Source: Flavobacteriaceae bacterium
GTDB lineage: Bacteria > Bacteroidota > Bacteroidia > Flavobacteriales > Flavobacteriaceae
DNA: 64,000 nucleotides
Assembly (NCBI GenBank): GCA_019634365.1
Contig: JAHQVM010000020.1
Coordinates: 19,207 to 83,206 of the forward strand
Direction of reading: 5' to 3'
Shown: in pieces, positions 29,747 to 39,941 of the stretch
Numbering within the stretch: the stretch's first letter is position 1
How the letters are laid out: the number at the start of each line of letters is the position of its first letter
Translations under genes and position numbers: made by a program
The notes under the pieces: generated by a model
Seen by the model: the letters and a program-made list of their open reading frames with translations, nothing else
The model's database searches: none
Told to the model about the DNA's origin: nothing

Positions 29747-30988
29747 TTAATCAAAATATCTTTTTTCAAACCATTTGTCGTTAAGCGACAAACTTATGAA
29801 GGTTGTAAAGAAGGTCTCTTGCACCAAACCTGCATTTCTTGTTCCACGTTGTCCGAACTCAAAACCGAGGTTTAAATTGGAGAATCTTCCTCCTATGGGT
29901 AAGCCCATACCAAAAGATATGCCAAATTCATTTATGGATTCATTATTAACATTTATCCCAGTCTCCTCAAAACGCACCCCAGCCCTGTAAACCACTCGTT
30001 TAAAGTAGTTTCCAAAAGCATTGTAATTGGGGATATAGAAACCACCAATATTGAATTGAGATGCATCTTGAAACTCAACATTGGGAAGATCGAAAGACCG
30101 ATTCGTAAAGTTACTGGTTTTTTGCGAAGTATACTTACCTCCTACGAACCATTTTTTAGGCTTTCCAATACCGGTTCCCAAAGAAAACTGTGAGGGGAAC
30201 GTTAAATCGGTATCTTCTACCGCGATTTCCCTGATATCCAATGGCCTTATAGCCCCAGAGGGTAGTTCCTGAATACTCGCCACCACACGTTCATTTTCTG
30301 AAGTAAGATCGGTTTCCGGCACATAATTGAAACTTGCCTGGAGTTCCAGATTATCGGTCACCATGGTTCGGTAGAGTGCTCCGAAATTAAAATTGAACCC
30401 CAATAATGTGGAACGATTAATTTCCTGACTCCCCAATTCTACATCTTCCTGCGTATTGGTCGCTATGTTTTCAATATTCCCGAAATTATAATTGGCATCG
30501 ATCCCAACACTGAAATTCGGGGTAATTTGATATCCAATGGCCAAAAAGGCTTTGTTTAGCCCTCCCGATCCTTCAAATTGTGTAATACTATTACCCACTT
30601 CATTCTGCAACTTATATCCGGTAGAAGTTAAGGGTACCAAACCAAAGTTTGCCCCGAACTTACCCATGGGAATCCCTATGGCTATGTAATCTAAGGTAGT
30701 TGTAGTTGCGTTTTGCGAATCCTGCTCCGTAGAAAGGCGATCGAACACGTGGCTTCCCGCAACAGAGTAATTTACCAAACGTAGCCCCGCAACACTAGCA
30801 GGGTTTTGAAGATTGAGGTGTATACTATCGGTATAGACGCCTAAACCACCCATGGACCTATTCTCTACCGTTCCTTTGAACTTCAAGGAACCTACTCCAA
30901 AAAATGAGTACGGTGAGGTGGTTCCTTCTTGAGCAATTGCCAAACTACTGACAAGCAATAGTATACTAATAAAAAGTCGTTTCAGCAT
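29747..30988 (-). CDS. FadL-like outer-membrane beta-barrel (probable BamG-type BAM accessory subunit)
   Basis: Signal peptide; SPYSFFGVG / SMGG / NPA plug motifs; alternating amphipathic strands; position between coaX and TPR-lptC. Confidence 0.7.
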   Translation of the reverse strand: MLKRLFISILLLVSSLAIAQEGTTSPYSFFGVGSLKFKGTVENRSMGGLGVYTDSIHLNLQNPASVAGLRLVNYSVAGSHVFDRLSTEQDSQNATTTTLDYIAIGIPMGKFGANFGLVPLTSTGYKLQNEVGNSITQFEGSGGLNKAFLAIGYQITPNFSVGIDANYNFGNIENIATNTQEDVELGSQEINRSTLLGFNFNFGALYRTMVTDNLELQASFNYVPETDLTSENERVVASIQELPSGAIRPLDIREIAVEDTDLTFPSQFSLGTGIGKPKKWFVGGKYTSQKTSNFTNRSFDLPNVEFQDASQFNIGGFYIPNYNAFGNYFKRVVYRAGVRFEETGINVNNESINEFGISFGMGLPIGGRFSNLNLGFEFGQRGTRNAGLVQETFFTTFISLSLNDKWFEKRYFD

Positions 30989-31716
30989 GTATCCTTGTTA
31001 AATTCCAATATGCGGTTTAAACCTTCCAACAAAAAATTTGAGTTGGCAAAGATGTCATTTTTTATGCGATCTCGCAAAAATTGAGCATCTCCACCTGTTA
31101 AAATCACCCTTAAATCATAAAATTCATTCTTATATCCATCGATAAACCCATCAATTTCATTGGCGAGACCTTTCACTACACCAATATGCATGGATTCATG
31201 CGTTGAATTCCCAATCCAATTTTCGGGAGTTTCCGTTTCCAATAACGGCAAGTTGGCGGTAAAAGTGTGAAGCGCTTTGTAGCGCATTTGAAGCCCAGGA
31301 GAGATGGCCCCTCCCAGATATTCATTTTTATGATTCAGAAAATCGTAGGTCACGCAACTTCCGGCATCGATCACCAAAATGTTCTCATCTGGATATTGAC
31401 TGGCGGCAGCACTTACTAATGCAATTCGATCCACCCCTAAAGTTTTGGGTGTCCCATAATTATTCTGAAACGGAACAGAAGTTTCATGATTCAAAATGAA
31501 TAGATTGAACTTTTCGTCCAACACATCCAGCTCCTGTCTCCCAAATCCACCTACAGAGGACACCATACAATCTGAAAGGTCTGGATACTGCTTTTCAAGC
31601 TGCTGCAGATCTCGACCGAAGGATTCTGATTGGGAAACCATTCTTTCCAAAAGCTGATTATTGGCATAAACTGCCAGCTTGATCGAAGTGTTTCCTACAT
31701 CTATGATTAGGTTCAT
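30982..31716 (-). CDS. coaX: Type III pantothenate kinase
   Basis: IDVGNT, LGVDR, VIDAGS, GGAISPG and LTGGD motifs. Confidence 0.94.
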   Translation of the reverse strand: MNLIIDVGNTSIKLAVYANNQLLERMVSQSESFGRDLQQLEKQYPDLSDCMVSSVGGFGRQELDVLDEKFNLFILNHETSVPFQNNYGTPKTLGVDRIALVSAAASQYPDENILVIDAGSCVTYDFLNHKNEYLGGAISPGLQMRYKALHTFTANLPLLETETPENWIGNSTHESMHIGVVKGLANEIDGFIDGYKNEFYDLRVILTGGDAQFLRDRIKNDIFANSNFLLEGLNRILEFNKDTC

Positions 31717-31818
31717 GTTGTGAAGTAAGGCGCTAAAAATACAATATCGCCCTCATTGTGTTTGTTAAGACACTATTAAAGTAAGATAAAAAGGATCGTA
31801 TTTTTTTCCGATTAATAT

Positions 31819-31848
31819 TTTGGAAAAGCCAAAATAGGATTATATTTG
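31819..31848 (+). promoter_or_regulatory. Bacteroidota primary-sigma promoter of tRNA-Phe
   Basis: TTTG (31819-31822), 18-nt spacer, TATATTTG (31841-31848). Confidence 0.75.
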
Positions 31849-31863
31849 CACCCGCATTAGCGA

Positions 31864-31922
<59 letters not shown>

Positions 31923-31936
<14 letters not shown>

Positions 31937-32114
31937 CATTATGTGGAAACCCTAAGCGCAAGCTTGGGGTTTTCTTTTTTTGGCAATAATCGAATCGAAA
32001 GATTTGTAAAATAGCTAAAAAAAGAAAAACCGACTGCCGAAGGCAGATAGGGTTTCCATTTACAGGAGTTGTACCAAAGGAACATTACTAGGTAATGAAT
32101 CCTGGAGGCACCAC
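31923..32114 (+). repeat. tRNA-linked repeat: 15-bp duplication of the tRNA-Phe 3' end bracketing a structured 177-bp unit
   Basis: TCCTGGAGGCACCAC at 31923-31937 and again at 32100-32114 (17/18 identity when extended to GA.TCC). Confidence 0.85.
31946..31981 (+). terminator. Intrinsic terminator after tRNA-Phe
   Basis: GAAACCCTAAGC-GCAA-GCTTGGGGTTTTC followed by a T run. Confidence 0.75.
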
Positions 32115-32123
32115 TTTAAGCGC

Positions 32124-32154
32124 AAAACCCGAAACGAGAGTTTCGGGTTTTTTT
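32124..32154 (+). terminator. Second intrinsic terminator, after the duplicated tRNA end
   Basis: AAAACCCGAAAC-GAGA-GTTTCGGGTTTTTTT. Confidence 0.8.
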
Positions 32155-32282
32155 ATTCAAGGCATGGAGGGAAAGCCCGCTTTCACGGTGTGGGGAAGAA
32201 TGTAAAGTTCGACAATGTAAGTGCAGCACCCCATTCATTTTCAATTATTACCTATCTTTAATCCCCTTCTCAACCACCACCT

Positions 32283-34304
32283 ATGAAATCGATTGTATTA
32301 TCGTTCCTATTACTTCTCTCCATCCTCTGCACTTCACAAGAAAAAGACTACTGGACCATTAATCCCGATCAAAGCATTTCATGGAATCTTCTGGAAGAAG
32401 ACCGCCTTCCCCATGAAGAAAATATCGAAATGTCGGGAAAGAAGGTATCAGCCATCATTTACTATGCTATAAATAAGGACAAGGAAGTCAGTATTAAAAG
32501 AGATGTCATCTTTCCGCAACTCAGGATTTACAACAAATTCTGGGAGCCCGACTGGAAAAAATACCGCGCCTATTTCCGAAGAACCATTACAGACGAACAA
32601 GCGCCAAGCATCCATCTTGACCATAAAATACTGAAACCAACCAAAGTCGATTCCATTTCCATACATGGGCAGCTTCAATTTTACCATACCCCCATGAACG
32701 GATTACAGGTAATACGAACCTTATACCCCTCTATGGAGGATCGATTTATGGTGGAGGAATGGACCCTAACCAACGTTGGAAACAGCACCCTATCTCTTGA
32801 AATCGCAAATGTAACCTCATCTCAAAATGAAAGGGGCTACCAAGGTATGTACACGGCAGAAGTGTATAGTGCATCAGAGAATCGTGTTTCCTTGTCTCCA
32901 AAACAATCATATACATTTCCTGTCTATTATGGAGCCACCCTAAATGAAGAAAAAAAGGAAGTTTTCGATTATAAAAAAGCGAAAAGCGAACGACAGGACT
33001 TCTTGAACAAAATGGCCGACCGGCTTGTTCTTAGAACGCCCGATCCGGTCATTAATCAACTATTTTATTTTTCAAAGATCCGCGCCTCTGAAAGCATCTT
33101 CGAATCCTCTAAAATGGGACTGGTTCACTCTCCTGGAGGAGGCAATTACTATTTGGGCATTTGGGCCAATGACCAGGTGGAATACAGTGGCCCCTTTTTT
33201 CCATATCTGGGTTATGAAAATGGTACCGAAGCCGCATACAATACCTATAAATGGTTTTTAAAAAATATTCCGGAAGAGGACACTCATATTCCTTATGCTT
33301 TTGAGGTGGACGGAAACTTCCCCATGACGCATCTGGATCGTGGCGATGCATCCATGATAGCCTATGGAACTTCGCATTACGCATTGGCTTCTGGCAACAA
33401 AGAAATTGCGGAAGAATTATGGCCCTTGATTTCTTGGAGTCTCAATTATTGCCACCAGCATAGAAACACAGCCGGTGCCGTTATTTCGGAAAGCGACGAA
33501 ATGGAAGGTCGTATAGAAACGGGAACAGCCAATCTTTCGACCTCATCTTTATACTATGGCGGACTCAAGTATGCAGCACTCTTGGCGTTAAGCCTGGGCA
33601 AGAACCAAGATGCTACCCTCTATACTGAACGTAGTCATGAAATGAAAAAGGTAATCAACACCTATTTTGCCTCTAACATAGAAGGTGTTGATACCTATAA
33701 GTATTTTGAAGAAAACAAACACCTACGTCATTGGATCTGTCTTCCGCTGTGCATGGACATCACCGAACGGAAAGAAGGAACCCTCGACGCCCTTTTCGAC
33801 AAACTATGGACCGAAAATGGTGTTTTGGTTGAACTGCGCCCGAAAGAAAAAGAGGAAGTACAAATGTTCTGGGATCGTGCTACCCTTTATGCCCTGCGAG
33901 GTGCCTTTAAGGTAGGTGCTACCGATCGCAGCTTTCAAAAGCTTAAGGTTTATTCGAAAAAGCGATTGTTGGGGGATCATGTTCCTTATGTGGTAGAGGC
34001 CTATCCCGAAAACAACATGAAACACCTATCGGCCGAAAGCGCCTTGTATTGTAGAATTTTTACTGAAGGTATGTTGGGCATGGAACCCGTCGATTTCAAT
34101 CGATTGAAACTGAAACCTTCCTTACCCACTCACTGGGATTATCTTGAATTGAAGGACATTCAGCTTTTTGGAAAGAACACGGATATTTCCGTAGAACGGG
34201 ATGGAAGTCAATTACTATTGCAGGTAGTATCCAATGGCAAAAAAGTCTATAAAGGAAATTTAAATAATAACGAAGCCGTTTTTGTAGACTTAGGAGCCCA
34301 TTAG
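32283..34304 (+). CDS. Exported six-hairpin (alpha/alpha)6 glycosidase-like protein, family unassigned
   Basis: Signal peptide; beta-rich N-terminus; YYLGIWANDQVEY, SDEMEGR and VVEAYPE acidic motifs; GH65/GH78-like C-terminal pattern (LKPSLP..W). Confidence 0.65.
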   Translation: MKSIVLSFLLLLSILCTSQEKDYWTINPDQSISWNLLEEDRLPHEENIEMSGKKVSAIIYYAINKDKEVSIKRDVIFPQLRIYNKFWEPDWKKYRAYFRRTITDEQAPSIHLDHKILKPTKVDSISIHGQLQFYHTPMNGLQVIRTLYPSMEDRFMVEEWTLTNVGNSTLSLEIANVTSSQNERGYQGMYTAEVYSASENRVSLSPKQSYTFPVYYGATLNEEKKEVFDYKKAKSERQDFLNKMADRLVLRTPDPVINQLFYFSKIRASESIFESSKMGLVHSPGGGNYYLGIWANDQVEYSGPFFPYLGYENGTEAAYNTYKWFLKNIPEEDTHIPYAFEVDGNFPMTHLDRGDASMIAYGTSHYALASGNKEIAEELWPLISWSLNYCHQHRNTAGAVISESDEMEGRIETGTANLSTSSLYYGGLKYAALLALSLGKNQDATLYTERSHEMKKVINTYFASNIEGVDTYKYFEENKHLRHWICLPLCMDITERKEGTLDALFDKLWTENGVLVELRPKEKEEVQMFWDRATLYALRGAFKVGATDRSFQKLKVYSKKRLLGDHVPYVVEAYPENNMKHLSAESALYCRIFTEGMLGMEPVDFNRLKLKPSLPTHWDYLELKDIQLFGKNTDISVERDGSQLLLQVVSNGKKVYKGNLNNNEAVFVDLGAH

Positions 34305-35180
34305 AGCAGCCACTTCCTCCTCCAGCACTATGCAATTAGCACCGCTCTTAGAAGCTACCAAGGCTCCCATGGCACAGGCCTTTTCCAATGCTTTTTTAGG
34401 TCCACTTTTCTGAATCAATAATTCCTGAATTAACGTGGCTAGAAAACTATCCCCGGCTCCCACAGTATCCACAACATCTACTTTAAATCCTGAATGACTG
34501 AACAACGTATCTTCATATAGCAAGGTGGCTCCTTCCGATCCCTGGGTAACACAAATGGTCTTCGTTTGGGTCACCCCAGCAAGCCATTTAATTTGCGCTT
34601 CCCATTCCACACTTTCACATCCAAGACCCTCACAGATCTCCGAAAGTTCGTCATCATTCAGTTTTATCGCATCAGCAAGTTGCATCAATTCATGAACCAT
34701 GGCAAGATCATAATGCGGTGCTCTGAGATTGACATCAAAAATCTTGCAATTGGACTTTGGCAATATGGCTTTCATTGTATTTTGATTGAAAGCATTGCGC
34801 AAGGCTAAACTCCCAAAAACAAAATACGATGCTTTGGCAACAGCATCTATGATAACAGGCGCTGGCGGAATGGCATCCCAAGCCACAGGATCACTTATTT
34901 CATAACTGGCGCTTCCTTTTTCATCCAAGGTAACCAGCACCTCCCCGGTATTGAGCTCATTATGAGTAGCGATAAAATCGGTGATCACCCCTTGTTCATT
35001 TACATACCTAGCGGCCACATCTCCATGCTCATCTTTCCCCACACAACTCACTATGGCTACCTTACTTCCAAAGGAAGCCAGACGCAAGGCAACATTTAGT
35101 GGAGCACCGCCAATGACTTTGCGATCGGGAAACACATCCCAAAGTATTTCACCAAAACAAATGATATCAGGATTCGTCAT
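34290..35180 (-). CDS. PfkB-family carbohydrate kinase, probable fructokinase
   Basis: FGEILWD, GGAPLNVA, FDVNLR and DTVGAGDSF motifs; in an operon with GH32. Confidence 0.9.
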   Translation of the reverse strand: MTNPDIICFGEILWDVFPDRKVIGGAPLNVALRLASFGSKVAIVSCVGKDEHGDVAARYVNEQGVITDFIATHNELNTGEVLVTLDEKGSASYEISDPVAWDAIPPAPVIIDAVAKASYFVFGSLALRNAFNQNTMKAILPKSNCKIFDVNLRAPHYDLAMVHELMQLADAIKLNDDELSEICEGLGCESVEWEAQIKWLAGVTQTKTICVTQGSEGATLLYEDTLFSHSGFKVDVVDTVGAGDSFLATLIQELLIQKSGPKKALEKACAMGALVASKSGANCIVLEEEVAALMGS

Positions 35181-36522
35181 CGCCTCCTGTTAGTCGTTTT
35201 TCCAATTCCTCCAAGGACACTCCCTTGGTTTCCGGCATTTTGAAGAGTGCCCATAACAATTGCAGCACCATCATTCCGGCAAAGAAGTAATAGATATACC
35301 AAACCGTATCCACCAATAATCCTTCCTGGTCATCCAAAAAGATAGGTGTTACCAAAGTGATTATTGCTGCAAACACCCAGTGGGTGCTGGTTCCCCAGCT
35401 TTGACCGAAGGATCGCACGCGATTCGGGAAAATTTCAGAAATAAACACCCAGATCACAGCACCTTGCCCAATGGCATGGGAGGCCACAAAGGCACAAATA
35501 AAGACGAGCTTGTAAACCGGGGGCATGTTAAACTGGAAAGCCACCCCAACCATAATGAGACTGGCGATATACCCTATGGAACCAATGATAATTAATTGGC
35601 GACGGCCGAACCGGTCGATCAAGCGCATTCCGATCAAGGTGAAAATAAGGTTGACTACACCAATGGCTATGGCATTCAAAAGTGATTCCCCACCTCCAAG
35701 GCCTGCCTGCTCTAATATCCTAGGCGCATAGTACAGTACAAAATTGATTCCTGATAGCTGGTTGAAAAACGCAATTAAGAATCCCAACCACAGTACACGG
35801 TTGTATTTTTTCTGAAAGAGGTTTTCGCTGCTTTTCGGCAAATTAAGATCCAGTTTAATTTCAGAAAGCTTTTGTTTCGCCACATCCACGCTGGAGTAGA
35901 TAATTTCTAAAATGGAAAGTGCTTTTTCTTCATCGTTTCGTCTCAGCAACAACCATCTAGGACTTTTAGGCACCCGCAGCACCATCAATGTATAGGCCAA
36001 TGCTGGAATGGCCTCTACGCCCAACATCCAACGCCAATCGTTTTCGCCACCAACTCCCTTTAACGCCCAATTGGAAATGAAAGCAATCATAATTCCAAAC
36101 ACCAAACAGAATTGATAGAGCGCTACCAATCGGCCCCTTTTTTCGGAAGAGGTAATTTCAGATATATATATAGGTGCAGCTACAGAGGATGCCCCGACCC
36201 CAATTCCGCCAATGAATCTAAAAGCGGAGAACGAAAAAGGATCCTGAGCCAAGGCACTACCAATAGCGGAAATGAAAAACAAAATGCCAATCCAGAACAA
36301 GGTTTTCTTCCGTCCCCAGATCTTCGTGGGGAACCCTCCTAACAGCGAACCCAATACGGTTCCCCATAGGGCCATGCTCATGATAAAGGTGCCATGCATG
36401 GCCGGGGAAAGGTTCCATAATTTTTGAATGGGTTGATCCGCCCCGCTAATTACGATGGTATCGAAACCAAATAGAAATCCTGCCAAAGCAACGGTGACAG
36501 ACCAGGTAAACATTTTATTCAT
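35167..36522 (-). CDS. Sugar porter MFS transporter
   Basis: GFLFGFDT, PIYISE, QLSGIN, SEIFP and PETKG motifs. Confidence 0.93.
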   Translation of the reverse strand: MNKMFTWSVTVALAGFLFGFDTIVISGADQPIQKLWNLSPAMHGTFIMSMALWGTVLGSLLGGFPTKIWGRKKTLFWIGILFFISAIGSALAQDPFSFSAFRFIGGIGVGASSVAAPIYISEITSSEKRGRLVALYQFCLVFGIMIAFISNWALKGVGGENDWRWMLGVEAIPALAYTLMVLRVPKSPRWLLLRRNDEEKALSILEIIYSSVDVAKQKLSEIKLDLNLPKSSENLFQKKYNRVLWLGFLIAFFNQLSGINFVLYYAPRILEQAGLGGGESLLNAIAIGVVNLIFTLIGMRLIDRFGRRQLIIIGSIGYIASLIMVGVAFQFNMPPVYKLVFICAFVASHAIGQGAVIWVFISEIFPNRVRSFGQSWGTSTHWVFAAIITLVTPIFLDDQEGLLVDTVWYIYYFFAGMMVLQLLWALFKMPETKGVSLEELEKRLTGGDDES

Positions 36523-36523
36523 A

Positions 36524-38074
36524 TCATTTCCAGATTGAAGTTATCGTATGGTAGGTAAAATTCTGTACGGCATTGTCAGACTCCCAATCTATTTCCAGTT
36601 GGGTGTAAACGTCTTTGGGAAACAACTGATTGGTAAAAACGTATTTCCCTTCATCCACAAAAACCTCCAAAGAAGAGGCATCCATTATCAATCGGATTTC
36701 CACTTCCCTTTCTTCGGGGACAAAAGGCTGTTTTTGAACCTCTTTTCCGAAGCTCTCCTCAAAATCAATGATGCCCGATTGGGTTCGATCCAAAAGCAGC
36801 ATTCCTTCTTCAGGACGAATTAAAAAAGAAACCTTTTCTCCATTTTCATTCGAGTACACAACTTCCAATGGCTCCGATAATTTTGCAGTGAACGAAATAT
36901 CTGTATTATTAAGCGACAATTCTGTTTCCAGTGTAAAAGGGCTTTTTAACGGAACCGAAGAGAATTCTCCCATGGTATTTTGCAGGGATGAAAATTGCTC
37001 CAAAGGAATATTTTTTATGAAATACTCCCCTTCCTTTTTATGCAACGATATTTTCCGCGGCAATGTCATGGAACTTCTCCATACTTCGGTTGGGGTATTT
37101 CGGGCATAGTTCCAGTTACTCATCCACCCTATAAAAATACGATCGCCAGTAGGTACATTATTATAGGTAACCCCGGCATAATTATCCATGCCATAATCGA
37201 TCCACTTAGCATCTTCCTGTGAAGTAGTGAATGAAATCCCATCAAATTCACCCACAAAATACTGAGTTCCCGAACCCTTGTTGGGTGCACCGGGATTCAT
37301 ACTTACGAGCATCACCCATTGCTCCTCATCGAACCCTTGAACAGGCAACTTAAACAGATCGGGGCATTCCCAAACACCTCCGTGCGCTCCTTTATCCTTT
37401 CCAAAATCGCTCTTGTGCTGCCATTCCTTTAAATTATCGGAAACATAAAACTTAACATGATCACCGGCTACCAGCAACATAATCCATTTTTCAGAATCTT
37501 CATGCCAGAACACCTTGGGATCCCTAAAGTCTTTTATCCCGTCATTACCAATCACAGGATTCCCTTCATATTTTGTCCAGGTTTTACCATTGTCCAAACT
37601 GTATGCGATTCCCTGTGTTTGAAAATCCTTGCGGCCTGCCTTTTCCCCTTCCATTAAATGATAGGTGAATATCGCTACCAAGGGAATCTTTCCATTCTCT
37701 CCGAACCCACTGGTGTTTTTTTCATCGACCACCGCACTCCCTGAAAATATGAGTCCGTGTTCATCGGGGTACAAAGCAATCGGTTTATGCTCCCAGCGAA
37801 TCATATCCTGGCTTACTGCATGCCCCCAATGCATGGGCCCCCAGACAATGTCGTCTGGATAGTATTGATAAAACAAATGGTAAACCCCATCGTGATATAC
37901 CAATCCGTTGGGATCATTCATCCACTTTTCTTGAGGTGAGAAGTGAAACTGTGGACGAAACTTTTCAGAATACGGTGAAGCAGGGTATTCTTTTTCCACT
38001 GCAATTTCTGAGTTACTTTTCTCTTTGCATGCAAATAGACAAACAGCAATGAGAAGCAACCATAATCTAGCCAT
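36524..38074 (-). CDS. GH32 beta-fructofuranosidase/exo-fructanase lipoprotein
   Basis: WMNDPNG, WGHA, FSGS, FRDP and WECPD motifs; lipobox LFAC. Confidence 0.94.
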   Translation of the reverse strand: MARLWLLLIAVCLFACKEKSNSEIAVEKEYPASPYSEKFRPQFHFSPQEKWMNDPNGLVYHDGVYHLFYQYYPDDIVWGPMHWGHAVSQDMIRWEHKPIALYPDEHGLIFSGSAVVDEKNTSGFGENGKIPLVAIFTYHLMEGEKAGRKDFQTQGIAYSLDNGKTWTKYEGNPVIGNDGIKDFRDPKVFWHEDSEKWIMLLVAGDHVKFYVSDNLKEWQHKSDFGKDKGAHGGVWECPDLFKLPVQGFDEEQWVMLVSMNPGAPNKGSGTQYFVGEFDGISFTTSQEDAKWIDYGMDNYAGVTYNNVPTGDRIFIGWMSNWNYARNTPTEVWRSSMTLPRKISLHKKEGEYFIKNIPLEQFSSLQNTMGEFSSVPLKSPFTLETELSLNNTDISFTAKLSEPLEVVYSNENGEKVSFLIRPEEGMLLLDRTQSGIIDFEESFGKEVQKQPFVPEEREVEIRLIMDASSLEVFVDEGKYVFTNQLFPKDVYTQLEIDWESDNAVQNFTYHTITSIWK

Positions 38075-38160
38075 AACCACCAATTTAGAGAAGGTTAAAT
38101 ATAGAAAGAAAAATTCTTAGGGAATACCCAACCACCTACCATTAAATGATATGTGCGAAC

Positions 38161-39180
38161 TTATTTGGTAGAATTCCTTTTAATGACAAAGGTATCCAAG
38201 GTCTTGATCTTGGGAGGAAGTGGCGCCCCTTCCTTTTTGGCTTTCATTTCCTTGTATAGTTGTTTAAAAGTTCGCTTCCCCATTTCATACCCTGGCTGAT
38301 CAATAGTACTCAAAGAAGGTGTGATAGCTTGGGACACAAACCAGTTACTAAAGCCCATGATAGAAATATCATCTGGCACCTTAACGCCACGTTCATTGAA
38401 AACGGCAATGGCTCCTACGGCAACCAAATCGGTAATGGTAAAAATCCCATCCACATCGTTATGTTCCTTGAGCAATCGTTCTGCCGCTTCCCTTCCTTCT
38501 TCGTAATTCACATTTTCACATATATATACTAAGGAAGGATCGTAGGTAAGGCCATGATCTTCCAACGCCTTTTTATATCCTAGGAATCGGTCGATGGAAT
38601 TTTGGGGTAACAATGCACCTCTAAAATGGGCAATGCGTTTGCAACCACTATCGATAAGGTGCTTGGTAGCATCATAGGCAGCTTTGCGATCATCGATTAC
38701 AATTTTGGAACATGGGATAAGCTTGGATATCTTGTCGAACATCACTAAAGGAATGTCCAAACTCTGTACTTCCTGCAAATGCGAAATATCCACGGTTGTA
38801 CTCGCCAATGAAATCATAATTCCATCCACGCGCTTACTGATAAGCAGATCGATTTGCTTTTTTTCTAATTTGTACGATTCGTTGGATTGCAGAATGATCA
38901 CCAAATAACCTTTCTTTTCAGCTTGCTCAATGATTCCATTAATAACACTGGAAAAAAAGTGGTGCACTACCTCAGGAATGATAAGCCCCACCGTTTTACT
39001 TTGCTTGGTTCGTAGGTTTACTGCAAAGACGTTGGGCTTGTACTGTAACTTTTTGGCTTCCTCTTTAACAAGCGCCTTGGTCTTCTTACTTACATCGGGA
39101 TAATTCTTCAAAGCCTTCGAAACGGTCGTAATCGAAATCCCGAGGTTTTCAGCAATTTGTTTCAAAGTCACTTGTTTCAT
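38161..39180 (-). CDS. LacI-family transcriptional regulator
   Basis: HTH TLKQIA..LGISITTVSKAL, YKPN hinge, and PSLSTI sugar-binding domain. Confidence 0.95.
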   Translation of the reverse strand: MKQVTLKQIAENLGISITTVSKALKNYPDVSKKTKALVKEEAKKLQYKPNVFAVNLRTKQSKTVGLIIPEVVHHFFSSVINGIIEQAEKKGYLVIILQSNESYKLEKKQIDLLISKRVDGIMISLASTTVDISHLQEVQSLDIPLVMFDKISKLIPCSKIVIDDRKAAYDATKHLIDSGCKRIAHFRGALLPQNSIDRFLGYKKALEDHGLTYDPSLVYICENVNYEEGREAAERLLKEHNDVDGIFTITDLVAVGAIAVFNERGVKVPDDISIMGFSNWFVSQAITPSLSTIDQPGYEMGKRTFKQLYKEMKAKKEGAPLPPKIKTLDTFVIKRNSTK

Positions 39181-39218
39181 AAAAGGAAAACTTAACAGTA
39201 CGGTAATGCGATATTAAG

Positions 39219-39226
39219 CAAAAATA
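39219..39226 (-). promoter_or_regulatory. -7 promoter box for lacI-family gene
   Basis: TATTTTTG on the minus strand, about 40 nt upstream of the ATG. Confidence 0.45.
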
Positions 39227-39268
39227 TAGGAAACTTAAAAATTATGGGCAATTTTCGAAAACGAAAAT

Positions 39269-39282
39269 CGAAAACGTTTTCG
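39269..39282. promoter_or_regulatory. Putative LacI operator
   Basis: Perfect 14-bp palindrome CGAAAACGTTTTCG with the central CG typical of LacI/GalR operators; overlapping half-sites at 39252-39270. Confidence 0.7.
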
Positions 39283-39941
39283 GTTAAGAATTTAGTGTTT
39301 TTGGATAGGTTTTTTTATAAAATTGAAAAAATTAATTGAAATTAGTACCTAACAACTTTTGTTACAACAATAGCAAAATTAGTTTCATAATTAATTAAGT
39401 GTTTGATATTCTTAGAATTACCAACCTTGGAAATTAACTATTTGGTTCTTATTTGGTCATTGCTGATGATTGTGCTTTTGATGCCCACTTTTTCAAAAGT
39501 TAACAATTTATTTACGCATTTCAGATCGTTTTTACAGTATCCTATGGTGTCTCCTCTCTGGAAAAGTAATTCGGGAATTAAGGTAAATCAATCCCCTAGA
39601 ATGATACTAAGTGCCATACGAAAAGGAATCACATTGGGCATCCTGAACAGTTCGGTAAAGGGTCAAGGAATTAGCCATAATGGAACGGGGATTGATTTTC
39701 TTAGCAAAAGAGATCAAAAATTGAAATTAAATAGTATTTACGTAGGCAAATAGCCCTAAATCATTATGGTTAGGGTGAAATTCTTATGTGAATAAAATAT
39801 TGTATATTCCCACTTAATAGGTAGACTAGTAATCCCTTGAGAATATACAGAATAGGACCAAAGAAATCGACACATAATAACTGAATTATTAACTACAAAC
39901 AATTAGCAATTATTGAAATTTAACTTTAAACCGAAAACTAT

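Noticed and set aside
39403-39753. 116-aa TTG-start ORF in the lacI-susC spacer
   Set aside because: Low-complexity translation of AT-rich DNA with no motif or clear initiation context; not supported as a gene.
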